The notes under the pieces are model-generated. The model saw only the letters and a list, made by a program, of their open reading frames with translations. It was not told the DNA's origin and made no database searches. The position numbers and the translations under genes were made by a program. Source: Pseudomonadota bacterium (GTDB lineage Bacteria > Bdellovibrionota_B > Oligoflexia > Oligoflexales > JAPPIL01). Taken from it: a DNA stretch of 34,187 nt. The DNA lies in NCBI GenBank assembly GCA_028877195.1, contig JAPPIL010000235.1:1-34187 (forward strand). The letters are read 5' to 3'. Of this stretch, positions 1-11,545 are shown in pieces (positions within the stretch are counted from its first letter, which is position 1; each line of letters opens with the position of its first letter).

Positions 1-513
1 ATACGCTTATCACAGTGCTTTCATGGATAAATTGAGTTATGCAACAAAGCCGGTGGTGCCCCCCGAAAAAGTGGACACATAATGATGGGCATCTCTGGAG
101 GCGTAACTGTCAAGGCAATCAGGGGTGTCAATTATTCAAAATATGCAGCGGAGGTAGTTTAGTAGACCTCCCAGATCAAAGCATCTGCAACGCTGGTGGG
201 AACTATTCTATGTATAATACGACTGTAACGCACACTACTAAACCCGTCCCTCACCCCTTCTGTAGCGTTGGAGATACTAGGCCTGGCGGTGGTGGGGCAA
301 ACCCATGTGAGAGGTAGTAGTAGTGTGGCGATGAAGCAGAAACAGCACAACTAATAATCAAACGCATCTGCGAAGAATATGAGGCGCTACACCAGAGCTA
401 GGCTTTAACACCTTCATTGATAAGCGCATGCCGTATCAATGAGATTGTCGGGACTTAAGCTGGGCACAACATTGCCGATGAGTAATGTAGGATGAGTTAA
501 TGAAGGGGTAAAG

Positions 514-819
514 ATGATTGAGGCACTAATAGGTGGAGTTGTAGGTTTTTTGATGGGGTTCAAGACACCCGTCTGGTTGATAGGATTATCGTCTGTAGGT
601 TGCTGGGCGCTAGGGTTCTTTAAGGGCGCACAGGCTAAAGATGAGACCAAGAAAGCTGCCACTCAACTAGGTAATGCTATGTGGTCTTCAAGTACCGCAG
701 TATTCCGAACAAAACCAGTCAAGGAAACAGGCAGGGCTTTTCTAAATATCCTAAACAGTCTTGCTGGTGGAATCAGATCAACGCGGGGCAGAATGGGCAG
801 ATTTCTGTTGAAGCGGTGA
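514..819 (+). CDS. hypothetical small membrane protein (hydrophobic N-terminal half, basic C-terminal tail)
   Basis: 101-aa ORF. AAGGGG Shine-Dalgarno-like motif at 503-508, 5 nt before ATG 514. N-terminus IEALIGGVVGFLMGF...WLIGLSSVGCWALGFF is hydrophobic. No family recognised. Confidence 0.4.
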   Translation: MIEALIGGVVGFLMGFKTPVWLIGLSSVGCWALGFFKGAQAKDETKKAATQLGNAMWSSSTAVFRTKPVKETGRAFLNILNSLAGGIRSTRGRMGRFLLKR

Positions 820-907
820 GTAGTAGGTGGCAGCCCCTCCTGGGCTTTAGCTAGACAACGGTATACTGGTGGCTCAGTAAATTAGACGCAGTTAGCTCTG
901 CTCGTGG

Positions 908-1213
908 CTAGCACTCGTAAAAAACCCTGCCAACAGCATCGATATGCTCAATAAGCTTGGGATTATCAATATCGTGTAAAATCGACAGGTCAATCGTATA
1001 CGGCAACAGCAATTCATCCAAAGCTGCGTCGATCTGATGATGCACGCGCAAAGTTAAGTCCTTGCCACCAACAAGAGTTAAGTCGATGTCCGAGCCTGTG
1101 CGATGAGCATCAACCGCACGCGACCCATAAATAATTGCTTTTCTCACCTGTGGGTAATTAGCAAGGATACCGTTAATTTTGGCAATAGTTGCAGCAGTCA
1201 AGCCATATTTCAC
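908..1213 (-). CDS. minimal nucleotidyltransferase (MNT, HI0073-like), antitoxin-type partner of the upstream HEPN protein
   Basis: 101 aa with the pol-beta-type NTase motif GS-x10-DIDL (IIYGSRAVDAHRTGSDIDLTLVG). GTG start shares one base with the TAG stop of the preceding ORF (TAGTG). Confidence 0.8.
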   Translation of the reverse strand: MKYGLTAATIAKINGILANYPQVRKAIIYGSRAVDAHRTGSDIDLTLVGGKDLTLRVHHQIDAALDELLLPYTIDLSILHDIDNPKLIEHIDAVGRVFYEC

Positions 1214-1665
1214 TAGCTCTGCTCTTGCTGCAACTGTGTAAGCTTGATTTGTAATGCTTGAAATTCAGCACAGTAAGTATCAAGTATCGCATTAACTATT
1301 TGTTTGGCAGTATCCTCATTGTAGGTATGAGATGTCATATTACGACTGCGAATCATATCCATCCAAACCTCGCCAGTTTGAATCAGGTCTACCTTAAACG
1401 CCGCACGTGTCGTATCTCTTGACCCGTAAAGCCCCTCTAACACCCCCTGTGCACGAAGATAATCCCGCAACGTGTTCCAAGCCAGCTCATGTGTATACTC
1501 AAACCCCTGTATCAAACCCTGTGCTTCAAGATTTGACAACTCACGCTCCTTCGCCAGTTCAACTGCCGCCTGCAATTGCCCCAATGCTTTGCTAAAGCTA
1601 TTCGCCCTCTGTACCCAGCGCTCTGTTTGATGTTGCATAATTGGAAAACCAATCGCCTTGCTCAA
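1213..1665 (-). CDS. HEPN-domain protein, HI0074-type nucleotidyltransferase substrate-binding family (toxin-type partner)
   Basis: 150-aa all-helical ORF with the HEPN Rx4H motif in [10 protein letters not shown] and a family-like [16 protein letters not shown] segment. The ORF-track start at 1665 is TTG and overlaps the gyrA TGA (TTGA). An ATG at 1638 (MQHQTERW...) is an alternative start. Confidence 0.75.
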   Translation of the reverse strand: MSKAIGFPIMQHQTERWVQRANSFSKALGQLQAAVELAKERELSNLEAQGLIQGFEYTHELAWNTLRDYLRAQGVLEGLYGSRDTTRAAFKVDLIQTGEVWMDMIRSRNMTSHTYNEDTAKQIVNAILDTYCAEFQALQIKLTQLQQEQS

Positions 1666-4085
1666 TCATCACCATTAACAACAGGCACACGACTAAACCC
1701 AACGATCTTTTCACTATTGTCAATTTTCATAATTCGCACCCCTTGCGCAACCCGACCGATAATGCCAACATCGCCAACGTTAAAACGAGTAATCACCCCT
1801 GAAGAAGTGATGATCATCATGTCATCGCTATCACCCACCAGCGCTACACCAACCACAAAGCCATTACGCTTCGTAACTTTGATTGTGAAGATACCGCTAC
1901 CTGCCCGTTCTTGGGCGCGATACTCTTTCAATGGCGTGCGCTTGCCAAAACCATTCTCGCAGATAGAAAAAATTGTTCCAGTACCACGCACGATTTCCAT
2001 ACCAATAACCTGATCGCTCACACCCAGTCGCATACCGATAACCCCTTGCGTGTTGCGATGCGTAACACTGATCTTGCTTTGATCAAAACGAATCGACTTA
2101 CCCAACCGCGAAGCAATCAAAATATGCTCACCCTCCTCAACACGCGCACAGCGCACCAACGCATCACCTGCTGCTAACTTCAAACCAATTATGCCATTGG
2201 CACGCACCCGACTATACGACGACATCTTGGTTTTCTTAACGATGCCCCGCTCCGTGCACGAGACGATAAAAGCATCGTCGCTAAACTCCTGCACCGCCAG
2301 CACCGACACGATACTCTCGCCCGCCCGTAAACCGATAAGGTTAGCAAAATGCCTGCCCTTGGAGCGCAATACCCCCTCTGGTAAATCATAGACCCTTAAA
2401 CTATAAACCCTACCTGTATTGCTAAAACATAGGAGATAGCAGTGGTTGGTGGTGCGAAACATCTCCTTAACGACATCCTCTTCCTTGATTAGCATGCCAC
2501 GCTTGCCCTTGCCACCACGCCGCTGCGCCTGCACCTGCACCAGCGGTGTGCGTTTCACATAACCGCTAATCGTAACAGTAACCACGACCTCTTCATCCGC
2601 AACCAAATTCTCAATCGTAATCTCCGACGCAGATGCCTGCACTTCGGTGCGTCGCTCATCACCAAACTTTTCCCGCAAAGTCTCTAATTCATCCTTGATG
2701 ATTTGAACTAGTCGCTGCGGTTGCGCAAGAATATCCTCATAGTCCTTGATTTTCTTCTGCGTCTCATCGTATTCAGCGATAATTTTATCCCGCTCCAACC
2801 CAGTCAACCGCGCCAAACGCATATCAAGAATTGCCTTTGCCTGCGTCTCACTCAACTTGAACTTTGCAATCAACCCAACCTGCGCCGCTTGAAAATCCCG
2901 CGCCTTCTTTACCAACTCAACTACTGCGTCGATATTCTCCGTTGCAATCTTCAACCCCTCAAGGAGATGAAGCTTCTCCCTCGCTCGCCGCAACAGGAAA
3001 CGAGTCCGCCGTGTTACCACTTCCTGACGATGCCGATAAAATTCCAGCAACATCTGCCGTAAACTCAACTGTTGCGGCACACCATCCACTAATGCCACCA
3101 TGTTTACGCCAAAGCTGCTCTGCAATGGGGTCATCTTATACAAGTTGTTAAGAACAACATCAGGCAACTCACCCCGTTTCAACTCGATAACCACCCGTAT
3201 CTCATCTTTCGCCGATTCATCACGCAAATCAGCGATGCTGTCGAGTTTTTTGTCTCGCACTAAATCAGCTATCTTCTCAAGTAATTTAGCCTTGTTGACT
3301 TGAAAAGGAATCTCGCTAATCACAATTTGACTGCGCTGCTTGAGCTCTTCGATTTCCGCTCGCCCACGCACCGTGATAGCCCCCTTGCCCACATCATAAG
3401 CCTTATACAGACCATCTGATCGATACAGGATACCACGCGTCGGGAAATCAGGCGCATGCACATGCTGCATCAAATCACTAGTGCTGATATGCGGGTCATC
3501 GATAACCGCATACAGACCGTTGATAATTTCAGCGATGTTATGCGGTGGAATGTTCGTCGCCATACCAACAGCAATACCAGACGTGCCGTTAACCAACAAC
3601 TGCGGCAAACGCGCTGGCAACACCACTGGCTCCTGTTCCTTGTCATCATAATTGGGAATAAAGTCTACCGTCTCACGTTCAATATCTTCCAATAGCATGG
3701 CCGTGATACGCTGCATGCGACATTCGGTGTAACGCATCGCCGCAGGTGGGTCGCCATCGATTGAACCGAAGTTACCCTGCCCTTCAACAATTGGATAACG
3801 CAACGAAAAGTCTTGTGCCATCCGCACCAATGCATCATAGACCGCACTATCACCATGCGGATGAAACCTACCGATAACATCACCTACGACCCGCGCCGAC
3901 TTCAGGTAAGGACGCTCGTGAAAGTTTTTAAGCTGATACATCGCATACAGAATGCGGCGATGCACAGGCTTAAGACCATCGCGCACATCTGGCAAAGCTC
4001 GCGACACGATGACACTCATCGCATAGTCTAAAAAAGAACTGCGCATCTCCTGCTCGATGTGCACTCGATAAATGGATTCATCCAT
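1662..4085 (-). CDS. gyrA: DNA gyrase subunit A
   Basis: 807 aa. N-terminal [33 protein letters not shown] and [19 protein letters not shown] (QRDR region), AAMRYTE active-site Tyr segment, C-terminal beta-pinwheel repeats. Confidence 0.97.
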   Translation of the reverse strand: MDESIYRVHIEQEMRSSFLDYAMSVIVSRALPDVRDGLKPVHRRILYAMYQLKNFHERPYLKSARVVGDVIGRFHPHGDSAVYDALVRMAQDFSLRYPIVEGQGNFGSIDGDPPAAMRYTECRMQRITAMLLEDIERETVDFIPNYDDKEQEPVVLPARLPQLLVNGTSGIAVGMATNIPPHNIAEIINGLYAVIDDPHISTSDLMQHVHAPDFPTRGILYRSDGLYKAYDVGKGAITVRGRAEIEELKQRSQIVISEIPFQVNKAKLLEKIADLVRDKKLDSIADLRDESAKDEIRVVIELKRGELPDVVLNNLYKMTPLQSSFGVNMVALVDGVPQQLSLRQMLLEFYRHRQEVVTRRTRFLLRRAREKLHLLEGLKIATENIDAVVELVKKARDFQAAQVGLIAKFKLSETQAKAILDMRLARLTGLERDKIIAEYDETQKKIKDYEDILAQPQRLVQIIKDELETLREKFGDERRTEVQASASEITIENLVADEEVVVTVTISGYVKRTPLVQVQAQRRGGKGKRGMLIKEEDVVKEMFRTTNHCYLLCFSNTGRVYSLRVYDLPEGVLRSKGRHFANLIGLRAGESIVSVLAVQEFSDDAFIVSCTERGIVKKTKMSSYSRVRANGIIGLKLAAGDALVRCARVEEGEHILIASRLGKSIRFDQSKISVTHRNTQGVIGMRLGVSDQVIGMEIVRGTGTIFSICENGFGKRTPLKEYRAQERAGSGIFTIKVTKRNGFVVGVALVGDSDDMMIITSSGVITRFNVGDVGIIGRVAQGVRIMKIDNSEKIVGFSRVPVVNGDD

Positions 4086-4101
4086 GCGTCAACACCCGCT
4101 A

Positions 4102-7691
<3,590 letters not shown>

Positions 7692-8019
7692 TGTGCTACC
7701 ACTCCTCTACGTATTAAGTATTTATTATTATTATTAAACGTAGTCGTAGTATGTGATGTGGAAAGCATGAGTAACTTGCTGTCGCCCTTTATTATAAAGA
7801 CATATAGGCGGTTCATGCTTGTGGATAACTCGGTGAATTCTTTAGTGGAGAATTGCGCAAAAACAAGATGCTTAGCGGTCAAAAAGAAAGATTTCCGCAG
7901 GTATTGCAGAGGTATCACACATGGTTTTGCAGGGAGTCTACACATAGTTTTACACATGAGGGTTTTACACATGAGGGTTTTGCACATAGTTTTACACATG
8001 AGGTTGGGCACGATACATG
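7692..8019. promoter_or_regulatory. candidate chromosomal replication origin (oriC) in the dnaA-dnaN intergenic region
   Basis: Perfect DnaA box TGTGGATAA (= TTATCCACA) at 7820-7828. Near-box TGTGGAAAG at 7757-7765. Four direct TTTT(A/G)CACA repeats at 7948-7998. AT-only (TTA)n tract at 7712-7738. Confidence 0.65.
7948..7998 (+). repeat. array of four direct 9-mers TTTTACACA / TTTTACACA / TTTTGCACA / TTTTACACA (starts 7948, 7963, 7978, 7990)
   Basis: Read directly. Spacing between starts is 15, 15 and 12 bp. Each 9-mer differs from the TTATCCACA consensus at 2 positions (3 for TTTTGCACA). The array lies immediately 3' of the dnaA stop. Confidence 0.8.
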
Positions 8020-9435
8020 TCATACACGTCGCTCCAATTCCCGTTCCAGTGTTTCAATATGAGTGCGGATTTCGATGTCGTCTTTGCGGCTGGCTTCGAC
8101 TTTGCGACAAGCATACATTGCGGTAGTATGGTCTTTGCCTCCGAAACGGCTGCCGATGTCGGCGAAAGAGGCACTGCCGATGGTGCGGCATAGATACATC
8201 GCAACTTGTCGGGGCACGCTGATCGTCCGTAGGCGTTTCTTGGATTTGAGGTCGGATACTTTGATTTTAAAATGATTGGCAACCACCTTTTGGATCGTCT
8301 CAACCCCGATTTCGGCGCTCTTGTCATCAAAGACATTGCGAAAAATATCTTTCGCGGCGTTAAGACTAATCCTTGTGCCCTGGAGAGCAGAGAAGGCAGC
8401 TATGCGATGTAGTGCACCCTCTAATTCGCGCACATTGCGTTTAGTATTGATGGCGATATATTCTGCCACCTCAAGCGAGAGATCAAACCCCAGCTGTTCC
8501 GACTTGTTGAGAAGAATGGCGATACGATGCTCGGTGTCGGGCGGTTGAATGTCCGCGATCAGACCCCACCGAAAACGATTGCGCAAACGATCTTCAATGT
8601 CTGGAATATCGTGAGGATACTGATCGGAAGTTAAAACTATTTGTTTTCCCTCTTCATACAGGGAGTTAAACGTGTGAAAAAATTCCCGCTGGGTGGAAGG
8701 CTTGCCAGAGATGAATTGGATGTCATCGACAAGAAGAATGTCGCAATGGCGATACTTTTGGCGAAACTCCCACATCTTTTTTTTGGAAATGCAGTAGATA
8801 AGCTCATTCATGAAGCGCTCACTGGAGATGTAGGTTATGACTGCATCACGAGCGTTGCTTTGGACATGGTTGCCGATCGCATGCAGGAGGTGGGTTTTGC
8901 CTAAACCAGTGAAGCCATAGATAAACAGTGGGTTATAGTTGCGGCCTGGCGAGTTGGCAACGCTCTCACAAGAGGCTAAAGCGAACTGGTTGCTCGGCCC
9001 ACGGACAAAATTATTGAAGCTGTAATCAGCATTGAGGTAGCTGTGCTCGCTTAATGATTTAGAGAAAACTTGGTGCGTCGGGCTGTGTTTGGTAGACGGA
9101 ATATCTTCAGTATCTGTTGCCGCAACCGTGTCGCGATCGGAAACACCTGTGCTTGCAGTTTCGGTAGCTGTGTGTAAACGCAGGATGATATGCCCAAAAC
9201 CCAGACTTTCACGGCACTGTTCGATTAAAGTGAGATAACGGCTGGTGAATTCGCGACAAAAGTCAGCGTTAGGCATCATCACCGTCAAGGTTTTATCCGC
9301 TCCGAGAGAAGCAGTGGTTAAGCGGCTAAACCAGCAAGCAAACTCATCGGCAGAGACTTTTTGTTCGGCTTCGCTTTTGATCGTTTCCCAAATTGCACAT
9401 GGGGAGTGTGTGTTGGTGTTGGGGGAATCGATCAC
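8020..9435 (-). CDS. dnaA: chromosomal replication initiator protein DnaA
   Basis: 471 aa. AAA+ Walker A GFTGLGKTHLLHAIG, Walker B ILLVDDIQF. Domain IV ISVPRQVAMYLCR...IGSRFGGKDHTTAMYACRKVE. Confidence 0.97.
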   Translation of the reverse strand: MIDSPNTNTHSPCAIWETIKSEAEQKVSADEFACWFSRLTTASLGADKTLTVMMPNADFCREFTSRYLTLIEQCRESLGFGHIILRLHTATETASTGVSDRDTVAATDTEDIPSTKHSPTHQVFSKSLSEHSYLNADYSFNNFVRGPSNQFALASCESVANSPGRNYNPLFIYGFTGLGKTHLLHAIGNHVQSNARDAVITYISSERFMNELIYCISKKKMWEFRQKYRHCDILLVDDIQFISGKPSTQREFFHTFNSLYEEGKQIVLTSDQYPHDIPDIEDRLRNRFRWGLIADIQPPDTEHRIAILLNKSEQLGFDLSLEVAEYIAINTKRNVRELEGALHRIAAFSALQGTRISLNAAKDIFRNVFDDKSAEIGVETIQKVVANHFKIKVSDLKSKKRLRTISVPRQVAMYLCRTIGSASFADIGSRFGGKDHTTAMYACRKVEASRKDDIEIRTHIETLERELERRV

Positions 9436-9783
9436 AGGCAGTCCCTGAACTGGTTGTTAGTGCCAAGTAGTTTCAAGTGGTGTCCCCTTTGATTTGCTGT
9501 TCAGTTCGCTGTTCGTTGTGCTGTCGTTTCTAAATTCTGGTGGTGTGCACAGCCAGCACGTGTCGTCCCATATGAGCGGCATGAAAAGCCTGTCATACAT
9601 AGAGTTAAGGTATAGCTGCCTCGTCTCTAGTGAGTTGTGAATTCTACCACACCAGGCTTGCTATCGTAAAGCGAGAACACCGAACTGTCCGCATTGCTTG
9701 AGGGCGACGAGTTTGCAGAAATTAGCTGTATTTTAAGCTCCATTCATGGAATAACGCAGGGCGCAGTTGTTATGAGCAGGTAG

Positions 9784-10083
9784 ATGGTTGCTTTTGGTAT
9801 CGGGTTTTTGTTGCTAGCAGTAGACATACTGTTGTTGTGGCTATTTTTTCGGCGCTGGTTTGTTGCTGGCATTGCACCCAGATCTGCGAAGCAAGGCAAG
9901 TTGCTTGTGGTTCTAATGTTTAGCAAAATAGCTGTTCTTGGTGTCGGCGTATATTTTTCTTTGGTGTTTTTGCAACAAGATATTTTGTATTTTACGATGG
10001 GAGCACTGTTCGGTCTGGGTGCGGTTGTTTTCATGTGTGTTGTTGCTGACAAACAGCTATACTCGAAGCGAGTTTTGCGTTAG
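9784..10083 (+). CDS. atpI: small polytopic membrane protein, AtpI-like (ATP synthase protein I position)
   Basis: 99 aa with 3-4 hydrophobic segments. Its stop TAG (10081-10083) abuts the atpB ORF. The assignment rests mainly on position and size. Confidence 0.5.
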   Translation: MVAFGIGFLLLAVDILLLWLFFRRWFVAGIAPRSAKQGKLLVVLMFSKIAVLGVGVYFSLVFLQQDILYFTMGALFGLGAVVFMCVVADKQLYSKRVLR

Positions 10084-10869
10084 TTGTTAGGCATGCGAGT
10101 ACTGTCAGCATCGATGATGGTTGGGTTACTCGGCGGCGACGAATTGTTTGCTGCTGGTGCGGGTATGCCGGCGCTGGTTAATTTTTACCAGCTGATCGTG
10201 GTTGAAACTTTAGGGATTGGCAAGGAGTGGTTGCCGACTGCGAGTGCGGTGCTGGTGCTGGTGTTGTCAACTCTACTTGGTTTTGTCTATCACAGGCATG
10301 TGCAGCGAGCATTGCGTAGCGAGACGCATGCACCATCGGGTCTTTATGCCAGCTGTGTGGAGTTTTTGCTGGATTTCCTCGATGATTTGACGACGGACAA
10401 CTGTGGCAAATACAGCCGCCTATTCTTTCCGTTATTGGCGGGATTTTTCTTCTTTATTTTGATCTGTAATTTGACAGGACTTTTCCCTGGCTTGCCGCCA
10501 GCGACGGAAAGCATCAGCACAACGTTGGCATTAGGTTTGATAGCCTTTCTTGCGTATAACTATGCGGGTTTACGCGAGCATGGTTTGGGTTATGGCAAAC
10601 AGTTTATCGGCCCGTTGCTATTTATTGCACCGCTGTTTTTGATCATCGAGATATTTAGCCACTTGTCGCGGCCGCTGTCGTTATCGCTGCGATTGATGGT
10701 CAATATATTTGCCGACCATCTGCTGTTGAATGTGTTTACAGGTTTGACTTATCTGGTGTTGCCTGCGGCGCTGATGTTTTTTGGGTTGTTGGTCGCCTGT
10801 CTGCAAAGTTTTGTCTTTACATTGCTTACCAGTATCTATATCTCCTTGTCGGTTTCACATGACCACTGA
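10084..10869 (+). CDS. atpB: F0F1 ATP synthase subunit a
   Basis: 261 aa. Characteristic C-terminal region with the essential Arg (LSRPLSLSLRLMVNIFADHLL) and polytopic hydrophobic profile. The ORF-track start is TTG 10084; ATG 10093 is an alternative. Confidence 0.9.
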   Translation: MLGMRVLSASMMVGLLGGDELFAAGAGMPALVNFYQLIVVETLGIGKEWLPTASAVLVLVLSTLLGFVYHRHVQRALRSETHAPSGLYASCVEFLLDFLDDLTTDNCGKYSRLFFPLLAGFFFFILICNLTGLFPGLPPATESISTTLALGLIAFLAYNYAGLREHGLGYGKQFIGPLLFIAPLFLIIEIFSHLSRPLSLSLRLMVNIFADHLLLNVFTGLTYLVLPAALMFFGLLVACLQSFVFTLLTSIYISLSVSHDH

Positions 10870-11034
10870 CCTCGTATACGAGGTGTCTTGATGGTGGGGA
10901 GATCGGTGCAGGCCGGCGTAGGCTTCGGTGTTGAGAAGATGTTGGATGATTGTTGAACGGTTGTTACACGGACGTTGGTTGTTAGAATTAGAAGAAGTTT
11001 CGTTAGACGGAAGTGGAGTGAGGATGGAGATAAG

Positions 11035-11400
11035 ATGATGACAAGAGCAAAGACACAAGCAGAGACGTTAAGCAAACGACTAGGCGGCTGGTTATCGGGG
11101 CATGCCTTGTTACCGGGTTTAGCTGTGATGGCGTTGTCGAGTTCCACTCTGTATGCTGCCAGCGAAGGAGTGTCAGCTAGCGGGTTAATCGCAATCGGTG
11201 CTGCGCTAGCGATCGGGTTGGCTACTTTTGGTGCAGCTTCGGCGCAGGGAAAGACAGCATCATCCGCGATGGAAGGAATCGCACGCAACCCCACAGCTAA
11301 AGATCAAATGTTCATGCCGTTCATCATTTCATTGGCGTTGATGGAGTTTCACGCCCTGCTTGGGTTTGTAATTTCCTTCTATTGGACGTTCTTCAAATAA
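11035..11400 (+). CDS. atpE: F0F1 ATP synthase subunit c with an N-terminal signal-peptide-like extension
   Basis: The core GLIAIGAALAIGLATFGAASAQG...ARNPT...LALMEFHALLGFV is a c-subunit hairpin (GxGxGxG helix, ARNP loop, ion-binding Glu). GGAGA SD at 11026-11030 supports ATG 11035/11038. An internal ATG at 11128 would give a canonical ~90-aa protein but has no SD. Confidence 0.85.
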   Translation: MMTRAKTQAETLSKRLGGWLSGHALLPGLAVMALSSSTLYAASEGVSASGLIAIGAALAIGLATFGAASAQGKTASSAMEGIARNPTAKDQMFMPFIISLALMEFHALLGFVISFYWTFFK

Positions 11401-11420
11401 GAAACCATAGACGAACAAAC

Positions 11421-11454
11421 CACACCTAATGTTTCACGTGAAACATTAGGTGTG
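11421..11454 (+). terminator. perfect 34-nt palindrome followed by a T-rich tract; likely atpE intrinsic terminator
   Basis: CACACCTAATGTTTCAC|GTGAAACATTAGGTGTG followed by TATATGTATTTCT, 21 nt after the atpE stop. Confidence 0.6.
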
Positions 11455-11512
11455 TATATGTATTTCTGAGCTGGCATGTGGCAGCGTGCCTTTCGTGTTT
11501 GGGGGAGGTCAT

Positions 11513-11540
11513 GTGAAACATGTTTCACGTGAAACATGTT
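11513..11540. repeat. overlapping palindromes (16-nt GTGAAACATGTTTCAC and 24-nt AACATGTTTCACGTGAAACATGTT) sharing an 18-nt core with the 11421-11454 palindrome
   Basis: ATGTTTCACGTGAAACAT occurs at 11429-11446 and again at 11520-11537. The second copy sits 6 nt beyond the stop of the minus-strand protease gene. Confidence 0.8.
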
Positions 11541-11545
11541 GTGGT

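Noticed and set aside
39-317. 92-aa Cys-rich ORF at the left edge, followed by three consecutive TAG codons
   Set aside because: It has no Shine-Dalgarno sequence and no recognisable family. Its composition looks like translated non-coding DNA, and the triple TAG is part of the TAGTAG repeat motif. The region is treated as non-coding.
280-335. Strings reminiscent of 5S rRNA (GCCTGGCGG, GGGG...CCCATGTGAGAGGTAG, GTAGTGTGG)
   Set aside because: The pieces are in the wrong order for a 5S rRNA. The universally conserved CCGAAC...GAAGTGAAAC loop region is absent, and there is no closing helix I complement. Most likely chance similarity, and not annotated as rRNA.
9436-9783. Looked for rpmH (L34) or DnaA boxes upstream of dnaA, where they often occur
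   Set aside because: No ORF resembling MKRTFQP... and no 9-mer within one mismatch of TTATCCACA was seen. The region is left as a divergent promoter spacer only.
10836-11294. 152-aa minus-strand ORF and 67-aa ORF antisense to atpE and the atpB-atpE spacer
   Set aside because: Both are antisense to a clearly recognisable c-subunit gene, with low-complexity Ala/Pro-rich translation typical of shadow ORFs.
11511-11530. The palindrome TGTGAAACATGTTTCACG as a Rex- or CRP/FNR-type operator
   Set aside because: As I recall it, the Rex consensus is TGTGAA-N4-TTCACA and CRP is TGTGA-N6-TCACA. Here the half-sites are spaced 2 bp further apart than either (TGTGAA-N6-TTCAC, or TGTGA-N8-TCAC). The resemblance does not survive alignment about the dyad centre.
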